Shown: positions 40,673 through 52,662, counted from the stretch's first letter. The stretch is 64,000 bases of DNA from an uncultured Candidatus Binatia bacterium (GCA_965242795.1 OZ251505.1:1150173-1214172); one strand, 5' to 3'. A program made the numbers and translations. Notes: generated by a model not told the origin, from the letters alone.

Positions 40673-40717
40673 CGGGAGATGCAAAACCGTCCGAGGATAA
40701 TGTCGGGTTAGATTCTA

Positions 40718-41128
40718 CTAGTCGGGTCTCCGTGACCGAACAAGCTCGATTGTCGTCCGATGGCCGGGCACCGCGGCCAACCGAGCGTCACAAGTCAGCA
40801 GCGACGCGGAAAGCGCCTCGGCAAGTGCAATATAGGCAGCATCATAAGCGGTAGCATTGTGGCGAAGTGTCCAAATACGCGGCAGAAAAAGGTCATGCGG
40901 ATAACGAACGATCGGAAAATCGCCCAAGTCGGCCACTGCCTGTCTTCCCCGTAGCGGTGTCATCTCGCCGACGGAGACGTACCGCCGCAGAGTTTGTACG
41001 ACCTCGAGATCGAGCAGATGGGGCGCGTGCAGAGACTCCCCCATCCCAAGAAGCCGGTCTTCGATATGGGATGCCCCAAGCTCCCCCAAAAGCACGGGGA
41101 GGATTGCCGAAGCATCGACGACGATCAC
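40718..41128 (-). CDS. vapC: VapC PIN-domain toxin
   Basis: VVDASA...APHLLDLEV...HNATAYDAAYIALAEAL...TCDARL; GTG start overlaps the antitoxin stop. Confidence 0.88.
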   Translation of the reverse strand: MIVVDASAILPVLLGELGASHIEDRLLGMGESLHAPHLLDLEVVQTLRRYVSVGEMTPLRGRQAVADLGDFPIVRYPHDLFLPRIWTLRHNATAYDAAYIALAEALSASLLTCDARLAAVPGHRTTIELVRSRRPD

Positions 41129-41355
41129 AATGCGTCCCGTTCTTCCCGGACCATTCGGGCAGACGAACGAGTCGGACGGACCGAAGTTCGAGAGCGGAGT
41201 CGACGGCGCAATTCTTCGACGGTCGGATACTCGGCGCAGCGACGTAATTCCGCGATCAGATAGTCGGATAACGACTTCTCCGCCAGAACGGCCCTGGACT
41301 TGAGCACTTTGTGAAGCTCGTCGGGAACGTTCCGCAACTGGATCATTTTCGGCAT
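41125..41355 (-). CDS. FitA-like RHH antitoxin
   Basis: MPKMIQLRNVPDELHKVLKSRA...SLSDYL; AGGAGG RBS. Confidence 0.85.
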   Translation of the reverse strand: MPKMIQLRNVPDELHKVLKSRAVLAEKSLSDYLIAELRRCAEYPTVEELRRRLRSRTSVRPTRSSARMVREERDAL

Positions 41356-41446
41356 GTAAGCGCCCTCCTTTTGTCCTCTGGCCGCATATCGGGTCGTAGG
41401 AACACTCCACACGGAATCCATGGTGCAACGTTCATCGGAAACCGTT

Positions 41447-41772
41447 TCATGCGTCGAGCAAACGCGGGCTCAAAAGGGTCCGCATGTCCCTACGACCATC
41501 TGCAATCAGATATATGTATATTCTCTCGCCCCTGACGCGATACACGATGCGGTACGGTTTTAAGGATGATCTCTCTGAATTCCCGGACGCCGAGTCGCAA
41601 AAGTTTCTTCGGGTATGAACCGCGCTCCGGCATGTCGCAGAGACTGAGAAACCCATCTTCTATTTTGCCGAGAATACGTTGGCCGTTTGTGCAGAGTCCG
41701 TCGCCGTAAGATAATCGTCAATCTCCTCAAGGTCACGCAGGGCAGCATTCGTCAGAGAGATTTTTAGCTCAT
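41447..41772 (-). pseudogene. Disrupted RelE/ParE toxin
   Basis: ATG AGC TAA, then ISLTNAALRDLEEIDDY..., further stop/frameshifts, ending KPYRIVYRV...IADGRRDMRTLL. Confidence 0.8.
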
Positions 41773-42047
41773 GTTCGCCGCTTCCGCCGCTGCTGGACAT
41801 GACGGATTGCCGATTCCGCGGATGTCACCTTTCCTTGTTCGATTTCGCGATCACCGAGTGCCAGAATTTTGAGCAGGGCGAGCGTTCCCTCGGTCAGTTC
41901 GTAACTCTCGATGTCCTGCACTACGATTTCGGCTTCGCCGTTTTGGGTGATAATCATAGGTTGCTTTTGCTCATTCAATTGGCGAATCACCTCCGCAGCA
42001 TGTGCCTTGAGATAGCTGATAGGTTTTATCTGAGAAGCAAGTTTCAT
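41769..42047 (-). CDS. Phd/YefM antitoxin
   Basis: IKPISYLKAHAAEVIRQL...PMIITQNGEA...LALLKILALG. Confidence 0.9.
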   Translation of the reverse strand: MKLASQIKPISYLKAHAAEVIRQLNEQKQPMIITQNGEAEIVVQDIESYELTEGTLALLKILALGDREIEQGKVTSAESAIRHVQQRRKRRT

Positions 42048-42163
42048 GGCGGAATCCTTTGCGGCAAAACTTTGGAAACGGCTGAATGTGGTCCTGATTC
42101 AGTCCGATTGTCAAGTCTGTGAACGATTCGACGCCGTTCCCCAGTTCCGGGGCTTCGAGTGAC

Positions 42164-42195
42164 AAAAAAGGGCGGGTCGCTTCGGACCCACCCTT
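42164..42195 (-). terminator. Intrinsic terminator after hppA
   Basis: GGGTGGGTC-CGAAGC-GACCCGCCC followed by T6 on the minus strand. Confidence 0.8.
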
Positions 42196-42219
42196 GGAAT
42201 AGAACAGTGAAAAGAACCG

Positions 42220-44295
<2,076 letters not shown>

Positions 44296-44537
44296 GTTGC
44301 TGTCTGCCCTCCTGGTTAGAAGTCCTGGACGGTGGCCCGTGAGGGGCCGGGAACGTGCGGGGGAACCCCCGTCACGGCACGCGGGAAAATAAACGCTTCA
44401 CCCACAAGAGTAAAGCGCCGCCCCTCTCCTGCCCATCGACAGGCTGAGGGGGTCGGAGGAAAAAAGAGCCTTCCTTTTGGCGCCCTCTCCCCATCCTTGA
44501 GCCTGTCGAAAGGCCGGGAGAGGCGGACGGAACGGGG

Positions 44538-45329
44538 CTACATCCTTCGCAACCGGCCGCCGGGATCTACGCGCGTGCGCAGCACGTGCAGTTCCTCGTC
44601 CGTCGGCGCTTCGATGACGGGCGTCTCCGGCAGCCGCCGGAGGGGAAAACCGGTCCGCGCCTGCACTTCGTCCGGGGTCACGCCCGGATGGATGGAACGC
44701 AGGCGGAGGTGTTTGTCCTCGTCGTCGAAGTCCATGACGCCCAGTGGGGTGACGCAATACTTCGGTCCGCCCCCGGGCAGGCCCAGCTTCTTGCGTGCAT
44801 CCGCGCCGCCGTCACCCCAGCCGACCGTGCTCCGGTAATCGCAGCGTTCGACGAAGATGCGCGGCGTGTGCGAATTCAGCACGATGTAGTAACGGCCGAC
44901 GTGCGTGCTAAGCGTCGGCGTGCCGACCGAACCCGGACCGCGGAAACGCAGCTTGGCGTAGTCCGATCCGACTCCTATCAGGTTGGTGTTCCCGTGCGGG
45001 TCCACCTGCACCCCGCCGATGAAGAAGACCCGCTTCCGCCAGTGCCTGACGTCCGTGAAACGGTGCCCCGTGTCGCTGTACGACTCGGCCCAGCGCACGA
45101 CGCGGTGGTCCCAGGCGAACGCCGGCAGCGGCAGGTTGTGCAGGTGCGCCACGTTCATGCGCGTGCCGAAGAAGATCAGGTCCATGTTCGGGCCGTGCAT
45201 GAGATGAGCTAGGCGCACCGCCGCCTCAACGACCGGCATGGCGACGCCAACCATCAGGTGTTCCTCGTCCTTCAGGTCGCGTGCCAGGAAGACGGCCATC
45301 AGTTCCTGGGCGGAAACGTCGCTAGGCAT
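44538..45329 (-). CDS. Class I CoA-transferase-fold beta subunit (GctB-like)
   Basis: FFIGGVQVDPHGNTN...GPGSVG, CVTPLGVMDF, SIHPGVT. Confidence 0.85.
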   Translation of the reverse strand: MPSDVSAQELMAVFLARDLKDEEHLMVGVAMPVVEAAVRLAHLMHGPNMDLIFFGTRMNVAHLHNLPLPAFAWDHRVVRWAESYSDTGHRFTDVRHWRKRVFFIGGVQVDPHGNTNLIGVGSDYAKLRFRGPGSVGTPTLSTHVGRYYIVLNSHTPRIFVERCDYRSTVGWGDGGADARKKLGLPGGGPKYCVTPLGVMDFDDEDKHLRLRSIHPGVTPDEVQARTGFPLRRLPETPVIEAPTDEELHVLRTRVDPGGRLRRM

Positions 45330-45355
45330 GGGTGCGTCTTTCGCAATGCGTGCAG

Positions 45356-46237
45356 CTAGTATTCGTGCAGTTCCAGCAGTCGGCGGATGCCGACGCGTTC
45401 CAGATAATCAGCATGGGTGGCGGGTTCGCGGCAGTAGCGGGCGAGGTAGGCGTCGAGCGCCGTAGCATCACCCCCTGCCGCGGCCGTTGAGGCGTCCAGA
45501 TACGTCTTGAGGTGGGCGTTGTCCTGTACGTAGTAACCGCGGCTGTAGAATGGATGCGCGCCGTACGGAACGCGCACGACCGCGTCCGCCCCGGCAATCG
45601 TCGTGGCCCACGGGTCCTTGCGGATTTCCTCGTTGGCGACCACTTTTTCCACCTGGACGATGGTGCGGTCCGCGGCGCGCTGCATGAACAGGTCGAGCCA
45701 GCCGGGGCCGCCGACGTGCTGTACGTTGCCGTACGCGTCGGACGCCGCGGCGTGCAGAATCGCCACGTCCGGTTTGGTCGGCGGCACGGCCAGCAGGGTT
45801 TCGCCGCTGATCGGGTCCTGAAAGACCTTGAGGTCGGGATTCACGTCCGGCAGCGACGTGCCGACCCCACCCCGCCACGGCAGGAACGGGAGCCCCTGCG
45901 CCGCGGCGTCGAGACTCGAAGTCACGATCCCTTCCTCGCATTCCCAGACCTGGATGTCGCCGCGCTGAGCCGCGGCACGGAACGCGGGCGCGACCGGCAC
46001 GCCGAACCCGCCACCGGCGTAATAGCTGACGACTTTCCTGACACAGCCGGCCGCGATCAGCATGTCGAGCGACAGCCCGACGTCGACGACGGTCAGGTCC
46101 TTCACTCCGCGGCGGATGATCTGGCGCAGCAACGCCATAGGCGTCGGCGAACCGACGGCCAGTGTCAAGCCGTCTTCGATCCAGCCCGCGGCCGCGACTT
46201 CGTCGATGACGCGCGACTCGCGCTGTCCCGGTTCCAC
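45356..46237 (-). CDS. Class I CoA-transferase-fold alpha subunit (GctA/IpdA-like)
   Basis: IEDGLTLAVG, AAAQGLPFLP, PDVAILHA..SD.YGN, VPYGAHP. Confidence 0.85.
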   Translation of the reverse strand: MEPGQRESRVIDEVAAAGWIEDGLTLAVGSPTPMALLRQIIRRGVKDLTVVDVGLSLDMLIAAGCVRKVVSYYAGGGFGVPVAPAFRAAAQRGDIQVWECEEGIVTSSLDAAAQGLPFLPWRGGVGTSLPDVNPDLKVFQDPISGETLLAVPPTKPDVAILHAAASDAYGNVQHVGGPGWLDLFMQRAADRTIVQVEKVVANEEIRKDPWATTIAGADAVVRVPYGAHPFYSRGYYVQDNAHLKTYLDASTAAAGGDATALDAYLARYCREPATHADYLERVGIRRLLELHEY

Positions 46238-46297
46238 GGCGGCCCCTTGCGTATCGGCCCTCTGGAAGGAAGAACGAACCGAAAAATTATGGGGGGA

Positions 46298-46600
46298 TTA
46301 GGCGGCGCGGCGGCCCGTAATGGACTCGCGCAGCCCTTCGAGCAAGCCCTCGAGCTTCGCCATCCGTTCACGAAGCTCGGACGACTGGGTGTTCATGTGG
46401 GTCTCGACATCGGAGAACCTCGTCTCCATGCGGGTTTCGACCTCAGAGATACGGGTCTCAACCCTAGATATGCGCGCCTCGACATCGGAGAGCCTACCGT
46501 CAATCCGGGTCTCAAGACGATTGATGTCCTGACGCAGCCAAGCGAACAGACCCACGATCAAGGCCGCCAATCCTATGAAACCACCGATTTCGATTGTCAT
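46298..46600 (-). CDS. Small TM-anchored coiled-coil protein, copy 1 (100 aa)
   Basis: N-terminal TM helix, 7/11-residue repeats, C-terminus LRERMAKLEGLLEGLRESITGRRAA. Confidence 0.75.
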   Translation of the reverse strand: MTIEIGGFIGLAALIVGLFAWLRQDINRLETRIDGRLSDVEARISRVETRISEVETRMETRFSDVETHMNTQSSELRERMAKLEGLLEGLRESITGRRAA

Positions 46601-46701
46601 GTTCCCCCCTGTGCCATGTTGTCCGATGGCGCGCAAGCTGCCTCTGCTACTGCATGGAGCTATATCTCCAACCCCTGACGACGGACACAGTGGAAGAAAG
46701 C

Positions 46702-46950
46702 CTAGGCGGCACGGCGGCCCGTGATGGACTCGCGCAGCCCTTCGAGCAACCCTTCCAGCTTCGCCATCCGCTCCCGAAGTTCGGACGACTGGGTGTTCAT
46801 CTGGGTCTCGACCTCGGAGATACGGGTTTCAACGTCGGAGAACCTCGTGTCCATCCGGGTCTCAAGACGATTGATGTCCTGACGCAGCCACGCGAACAAG
46901 CCCACGATCAAGGCCGCTAACACGAGGAACCCGCCGATTTCGATTGTCAT
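46702..46950 (-). CDS. Small TM-anchored coiled-coil protein, copy 2 (82 aa)
   Basis: Tandem paralogue of 46298-46600 with the same termini and fewer repeats. Confidence 0.75.
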   Translation of the reverse strand: MTIEIGGFLVLAALIVGLFAWLRQDINRLETRMDTRFSDVETRISEVETQMNTQSSELRERMAKLEGLLEGLRESITGRRAA

Positions 46951-47000
46951 GTTTCCCCCTATGCCATGCCGCCTGATGACGTGCAAGCCGCGGCAGGCTG

Positions 47001-48290
47001 CTACCCTACCAATCGCATGACGACGTACACCGCGGTAAAGGCGGACAGAAAGACGATGCCGACCCGGCTCAGCCAGCGCAACCAACCGGGCGGTCGGGCG
47101 GTGTCCGGCACGTGCGGGCTCAGGACCAAGCGGTGATTGGCGACCGCGATGACGGGCGCGATCAGGAACGAGACCACGGTCGCCAGATCGACGAGAGTCG
47201 TGAAGCTGGTCAGAAATTGGGCGATGATCAGGTAGCCGCCGACCGCGCTGATGAGCAGCCAAGCGTTGTACACGGTGCGGCTGTCCGGCGCAGCGCGGCG
47301 GCGCGAAAACAGCAGCGTCCACGTGCGGTCCATGGCCCGGGCGTAGCCGTCGAAGATGACCAGCGTGGTGCCGAACATGACCGAAAACGCCGACGAGGCG
47401 ATGATGAGGTAACTCCAGTCCCCCAGCGAGGCGGTGTAGAGCCGGATGACCGCGTGGGTGAACTGCGTGCTGCTCTGGTCCGAGAACGATTGGCCGGAGC
47501 CGTACATGATGTAGGCGCCCAGCGTCATGAAGCAGACGGCCAGCCCGGCGGTCATGACGTAGGCTACGTTGAAATCCAGCAGCGTCTCGCGTAACGCCGG
47601 CGTATAGCGCGTCTGTTTGAAGCGCTCCAGCGTCCACAGGCTGTTGATCGCCGACAGGTCCAGGGGCGCCGGCATCCAGCCCATCAGCGCGATCAGAAAC
47701 GCGAAGCCAGCCGCGGTCCACACCTCCAGGGCGGAGAAGACCACCGGCGCCACGGGCCCCCGCCAGAGCGTCAGGCAGAACGCAGCGAGTGTGGAGACGA
47801 GCAGCACGCTGCATATGAGTTTGACGAGGCTGTCCAGCGCACCGTAACGCCCCACCAACAGCAGCGCCACGCACCCGACGATGAGGAACAGCGAGGTGTG
47901 GATCACCGGCAGGTCCAGGCCGAGCAGGTTGTTCAGCAGCCCCGCGGTGGTGAAACAGACCGCCGCGATGACGATCGACATCGGGCTCGCGGTGATGAAC
48001 AGATAGCCGTACAGCGCCCAGTTGCCGAACCGTGCGTAGCCGTCGATCAGGCTTTCGCCGGTCGCGTTGGCATAGCGCGACCCGAACTCGAACGCCGGAT
48101 ACTTGAAGAGGTTGGCGATCACGACCGCCCACAGCAGCGCATAGCTGTAGTCGGCCCCCGCCCGCGTGGACTGCACAAGATGCGACACGCCGATCGCGGT
48201 GCTGGCGAACAGCAGACCCGGCCCCAGCGTCTTGAGAAGGCGGGTCCACCGGTCGTCAGCAGGCGCGCCGCCGGGCGAAATGCTTGACAT
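47001..48290 (-). CDS. NRAMP-like divalent metal transporter
   Basis: LGPGLLFASTAIGVSHLVQSTRAGA, ALMGWMPAP; about 11 TM helices. Confidence 0.8.
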   Translation of the reverse strand: MSSISPGGAPADDRWTRLLKTLGPGLLFASTAIGVSHLVQSTRAGADYSYALLWAVVIANLFKYPAFEFGSRYANATGESLIDGYARFGNWALYGYLFITASPMSIVIAAVCFTTAGLLNNLLGLDLPVIHTSLFLIVGCVALLLVGRYGALDSLVKLICSVLLVSTLAAFCLTLWRGPVAPVVFSALEVWTAAGFAFLIALMGWMPAPLDLSAINSLWTLERFKQTRYTPALRETLLDFNVAYVMTAGLAVCFMTLGAYIMYGSGQSFSDQSSTQFTHAVIRLYTASLGDWSYLIIASSAFSVMFGTTLVIFDGYARAMDRTWTLLFSRRRAAPDSRTVYNAWLLISAVGGYLIIAQFLTSFTTLVDLATVVSFLIAPVIAVANHRLVLSPHVPDTARPPGWLRWLSRVGIVFLSAFTAVYVVMRLVG

Positions 48291-48399
48291 GTGTCGGGTG
48301 AGGAACGGGCTTCAGAAGTCGGGCGGAATGGCGGGCGCCCGCTTACGGCATCGGAGCAGAGAAATACGAGTCCCCGCGGTCTGTCAAGCGAAGCCACAG

Positions 48400-48460
48400 T
48401 CCGGCCCCTGAGCTTGCGTTGTCCTGAGCTTGTCGAAGGGTGTCGAAAGGTCGAAGGGAC
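48400..48460 (-). repeat. Family A repeat (inverted, self-nested)
   Basis: CCTGAGCTTGCGTTGTCCTGAGCTTGTCGAAGGGTGTCGAAAGGTCGAAGGG. Confidence 0.75.
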
Positions 48461-48820
48461 GCGCACTTCCATGCTTCAGCATTGACATCGTCCTCACCGT
48501 TCGGCATCGTCCCTCTTCGTCAACTTCTAACAGCGAACCCGTCGGTCGGGTCGCTTGCTGAATAGAAGAGCCGCGCACAGGCATGGGAGTAGCTACCCAC
48601 GCTGTGGCGAACAAGCAGGACCTCACTCCGTTCGTTGTTGTGAAGTTGACACGGCCCGGCACTCTCAAGGCCGAGTCGAAGAACTGAATAACGGAGGAGG
48701 ACGACCATGTGGAACGATTCAACGGATACCGGGGCGAAGTACAGGGCCGCTCGCCCAAGCCGTGCTTCTACGGGTTGGCGCAACGGAGGCGAACTAGAGA
48801 GGCAAGTAAGGAGGTTCAGC

Positions 48821-49735
48821 ATGAAGAAGCTCACATTGGCGACCATAGTATTGTATGTCCTGCTCGGAATTGCGGGCATGGTGTCTGCTCAATCCGACCC
48901 TGACCCGGTAGAACCCGACACGCCCGGAAGCTGCGGGGACGGCGACGTCGGTGACTCGCTTGCCACGGCCTATGACCTCGGCAACGCAGAGGCTTGGCCC
49001 GAGAGCGAGAGGTATGATCTGCCGAGCGAGAAGAAAAGAACCGTTGTGTCCGACTTTGAATGCAGCGGGGACCTGGACGTTTATCGGTTTGAGGTTTCAT
49101 CTCTAGTTCGTATTTCCCACTCGATTTACGACAAGAGCCCTCTTCCTCAAACAATGGAATTATACGACAGTGGTGGAAATTTTGTCGGTTCCAACAATGG
49201 CGCGGTACAACATGCCAGTTTATTCCCGGGAATTTATTACGTTGCGGTGGCGACTCAGCCACTAGCTGAACATAGGACAGAAACCGGACGGTACGAATTT
49301 TCTCTATTCTACGAACCGTTGATCCCGGAAATTCAGCCGACGACAGCCCGATCTCCTGGTGGTCCGGCCGCTGTTCTCCTGAATCTCTCTCCGTGGCAAG
49401 CGTGGGTGCATCTCTACTGCCAGAAAGACCGGCCTGCCTCCGACGATGATCCCGCGGCTCCGTGTACGGTCCGATTCGAATGCAACGGCATGTCCGGGGA
49501 GCCTGCCTCATGGACAGTGGACGTTGCGCCGAAGACCATCTTCTCCTACTGGCCGAACAAAATGGCGAATGGAACGAGCGCCAACCTGCAAGCGGCCCTG
49601 ATGGCAGCGGGCAAGACGGAGGACGAAGCCCGGCGCCGGACCACGTGCGAAGTGTTCAGCCCGGACCCGCTCGCCGTGCGGGGCTATACGTTGTTCGGCG
49701 GCCAACCGACGCTCGTTCCCGTCGCGGTGTACTGA
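48821..49735 (+). CDS. Secreted protein with a pre-peptidase C-terminal (PPC)-like domain and a Cys-containing C-terminal domain
   Basis: TAAGGAGG RBS, signal peptide MKKLTLATIV..., GD...TA..L / DLDVYRF / LYDS.G / PG.YYVAV / G.Y.F pattern. Confidence 0.7.
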   Translation: MKKLTLATIVLYVLLGIAGMVSAQSDPDPVEPDTPGSCGDGDVGDSLATAYDLGNAEAWPESERYDLPSEKKRTVVSDFECSGDLDVYRFEVSSLVRISHSIYDKSPLPQTMELYDSGGNFVGSNNGAVQHASLFPGIYYVAVATQPLAEHRTETGRYEFSLFYEPLIPEIQPTTARSPGGPAAVLLNLSPWQAWVHLYCQKDRPASDDDPAAPCTVRFECNGMSGEPASWTVDVAPKTIFSYWPNKMANGTSANLQAALMAAGKTEDEARRRTTCEVFSPDPLAVRGYTLFGGQPTLVPVAVY

Positions 49736-49877
49736 AAAGGTCGAAGCGGCCGGCAAGGGTGATGAACGAACGACGCTTGCCATACAGGTCACGTGGGATG
49801 AGAGAGGGGCGGGTGCGCTTCGTGCACCCGCCCCACGGCCCTTACGGCTATAAGAATTAAGGGAGGAGGGTTCTGTC

Positions 49878-50093
49878 ATGAGAAACGAGTTTACAGCCGT
49901 TATTGAACAGGACGAGCGCTGGTTTATCGCCTATTGCCCGGAGATTCCCGGGGCGAACGGTCAAGGAAGAACCAAGGACGAAGCCCGCAAAAGCCTAGCC
50001 GAAGCCATAGCACTCATCCTTGATGACCGCCGGGAGGAAGGATTGCGCGGAGTTCCACCCGAGGCAACTCGGGGGACGGTCACCCTCCCATGA
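49878..50093 (+). CDS. hicB: HicB-family antitoxin
   Basis: FTAVIEQDERWFIAYCPEIPGANGQGRTKDEARKSLAEAI; GGAGG RBS. Confidence 0.85.
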   Translation: MRNEFTAVIEQDERWFIAYCPEIPGANGQGRTKDEARKSLAEAIALILDDRREEGLRGVPPEATRGTVTLP

Positions 50094-50140
50094 AACGAAG
50101 AGGAATTACATACAAGAGGATCCGGTGCTCGTTGCGACAG
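50090..50140 (+). pseudogene. Possible HicA toxin 5' remnant
   Basis: ATG overlaps the hicB stop and begins MKRR like HicA, then runs into a family A repeat. Confidence 0.4.
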
Positions 50141-50410
50141 CCTTTGGCAGGCTCAGGGACCGGGCTCAAGGCACCGCAAGCTCAGGGACTTTCCCAATCC
50201 TCAATTCGTTGAGTCTGCGCTGTCCGGAGCTTGTCCAAGGATCGAAGGATCGAAACGAACCCCGAAGGGACTACCGCTCTCCCACACTGCCCCCGCCCCC
50301 GGCCTTTCGACAGGCTCAAGGACCTTCCCTGCCGCCTCCCTCAGTTCGTTGAGCCTGTCGAAACGAACCCCGAGGTCACCTCGACCTTCGCCCCCCACCC
50401 CCGGCCCTTT
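50140..50410 (+). repeat. Family A composite element (about 1.5 copies)
   Basis: Two occurrences of TTCGTTGAG...TCGAAACGAACCCCGA, homologous to 29305-29525. Confidence 0.8.
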
Positions 50411-50488
50411 GACCATGAGGACCCCCTTGTATGTAATTCCCAAATGAAGCAGCCTCCTTCGACATCTCTGGAGGTACGGATGTTCTCT

Positions 50489-50856
50489 TTAAGGGAATGA
50501 TAGGCTTGACAATTCCACTCGATCGTCATTCCTGCGGAAACAGGAATCCAGACAGAAACGCCGGTTCCCAGAGTTACCCCCCGCCGGCCGGACTTGTTTG
50601 GCTATTTCTTCTCCACGGTCTCGTTCGACCACGGCAAGATCGTACTGACTCTGGAGGGCGAGCCAAAACCGCGGACGGTTGCCGAAATAACGGCCCAACC
50701 GAACCGCGGTGTCCGCAGTGATCAACCGGCGGCCGTTCAGGATGTCCGAGATGCGGCCGGAAGGCACGCTGAGAGCCAAGGCGAGGCGATTCGCACTGAG
50801 GTCCCGCGCCTCGATCTCGCACTTCAACAGTCTGCCGGGGGTACGGTGGGAGGCAT
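50489..50856 (-). pseudogene. higA: HigA-family antitoxin, frameshifted, no toxin
   Basis: PGRLLKCEIEARDLSANRLALAL...ITADTAVRLGRYFGN..RFWLALQSQYDL. The ATG at 50856 is out of frame and the C-terminus reads through a family C repeat. Confidence 0.7.
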
Positions 50857-51267
50857 GGCTTTCTACGCGAACCGATGAACGACAACGAGAGTTCTGTCAA
50901 CCGGGTAGTATATCAGTTTGAAAGCGTCTCTGCATGATATTTCTATCCCCTTTCCCCTGGAGGGAGAGGGGGAAGGTAAAAGCTCCGCCCTGACTGGTAT
51001 GTCGTTGTGGGGAGGGTGGTCTCCGCTGGATTCCCGACGCCTGCCCCAGCCTGCCCCGGACTTGATCCGGGGTTCGCCGGAATGACAGAGGGGCGACAAA
51101 CTATTCAAGGCAATCTCGAACTGATGCACTATCGTCAACCGTTGATGAAAGACTTGCTTTTCGGTTTCGGTAGCCGCGCCTGTTCGTGCGGACCAGAGAC
51201 TCGCATTCCTAGGATCGGGCGGCCCGAGTGGTTGGAACGCTGACTGGCTTTGGAGTAGAACCCCTCC

Positions 51268-52662
51268 ATGCCGCCCGCCCCCGATGCTTGGCTCGCGTCC
51301 GTGCTGGACACGGTGCCGGACTACCAGGAGTTTCTGACTCCCGCGGAACTGCACCGGAGTTCCATTCGGCTCGTCAAGGAGTTTCCCGATCTCGCCAGCC
51401 TGCGGACCGTGGGCCGTTCCACCGACGGACGGCCGATCGAACTGCTGACCGTCGGCCGGGGCAGGCGAACCGCGCTGTGGCTCGGCGTCCCGCACCCCAA
51501 CGAGCCCATCGGCAGCTTGAGCGTGCAGTTCTTGAGCCGCGCGCTGTGCGAACGGGCGGAATTGCGCGAGCGGCTGGATACCCGATTCCTGTTCGTCAAG
51601 GCCATCGACGCGGACGGCCTCGCGCTCAACCAAGGCTGGCTCAAGGGCACGTTCTCTCCGCTGCGATACGCCCTCAACTACTACCGATGCAGCGCCGCGG
51701 AACAGGTCGAGTGGGGATTCCCGATTGCCTACAAGACGCTGCGGTTTTCCGAGCCGCCGGCCGAGACGCGGATCGTCATGCAACTCGTGCGCGACCATCG
51801 GCCCGCCTTCTACTACTCGCTGCACAACGCCAGCTTTTGCGGCATCTACTACTATCTGTCGCAGCGCCGCAGCGGGCTGTTCGCCGAACTGCACGACCTC
51901 GTCGCCGCGCACGGCCTGCCGTTGCACCGCGGCGAACCCGAAGTGCCGTTCATCGACACGTGGGCGCCGGCGGTCTTTCCGTTCTTCGGCATCCGCGCCG
52001 CCTACGACTACATGGCCGAGCATCTCGAAGGTGACCCCGGGCGCGTCATTACGACGGGCACCTGCTCCGCGGACTACGTGCGCGACCACGTCTCCGATGC
52101 GCTGTGCATGGTGTGCGAGTTGCCCTATTTCACCGACCCGGCGATTACCGACCAGCGTCCGGCAGACATGTCCCGCGGCGCGGCGTTGGCCGAAGGACTG
52201 GATCGGACCGCGTCCGTCCTGAAGGTCATGGACCCCCATTTTTCGGCTTTGCAGGCCCGCCGGCCCGCGGTGCAGGACTCCTGCGCCCGGCTGTCCCGGT
52301 CGGTCGCCGACTACCTGCATCGCACGCCCACCCGCTTGGCCGCCCAGCGCCGCCAACTCGAAACCGACGCGACCTTCCGCCAGCCGGCGACCCGCGCCCA
52401 GGCGTTCGACGCACTGGTCTGCAAGCCGTTCCAGGCCGTCTTGCAGTTGGGCGAGGTCTATCGCCTCGTGCAAGAGGCCGGCGAGGCCAGCCGAGCGGAC
52501 GAGATCCGCGCCGAAGTGCAACGCCGTATCGAGCGGCTGGAAGCCGACAGCAACATCGAGGTCCTGCCTCTCAAAAAGTTGGTCGCCGTCCAGGTCGGGA
52601 GCGGACTGTTGGCCATGCTGCACGCCCAAGGCGGCGGGCCGGACGAAACCGGGGAGTGCTGA
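51268..52662 (+). CDS. M14 family zinc carboxypeptidase-like protein
   Basis: VGRSTDGRPI, HPNE (HxxE), SLHNA, VCELP. Confidence 0.8.
   Translation: MPPAPDAWLASVLDTVPDYQEFLTPAELHRSSIRLVKEFPDLASLRTVGRSTDGRPIELLTVGRGRRTALWLGVPHPNEPIGSLSVQFLSRALCERAELRERLDTRFLFVKAIDADGLALNQGWLKGTFSPLRYALNYYRCSAAEQVEWGFPIAYKTLRFSEPPAETRIVMQLVRDHRPAFYYSLHNASFCGIYYYLSQRRSGLFAELHDLVAAHGLPLHRGEPEVPFIDTWAPAVFPFFGIRAAYDYMAEHLEGDPGRVITTGTCSADYVRDHVSDALCMVCELPYFTDPAITDQRPADMSRGAALAEGLDRTASVLKVMDPHFSALQARRPAVQDSCARLSRSVADYLHRTPTRLAAQRRQLETDATFRQPATRAQAFDALVCKPFQAVLQLGEVYRLVQEAGEASRADEIRAEVQRRIERLEADSNIEVLPLKKLVAVQVGSGLLAMLHAQGGGPDETGEC

Noticed and set aside
46702-48249. 515-aa ORF ending in the coiled-coil protein
   Set aside because: The upstream part is an alternate frame of the NRAMP-like gene; the paralogue defines the start at 46950.
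48480-48820. Possible riboswitch or ncRNA upstream of the secreted protein
   Set aside because: No recognisable consensus by eye; an Rfam search would be needed.
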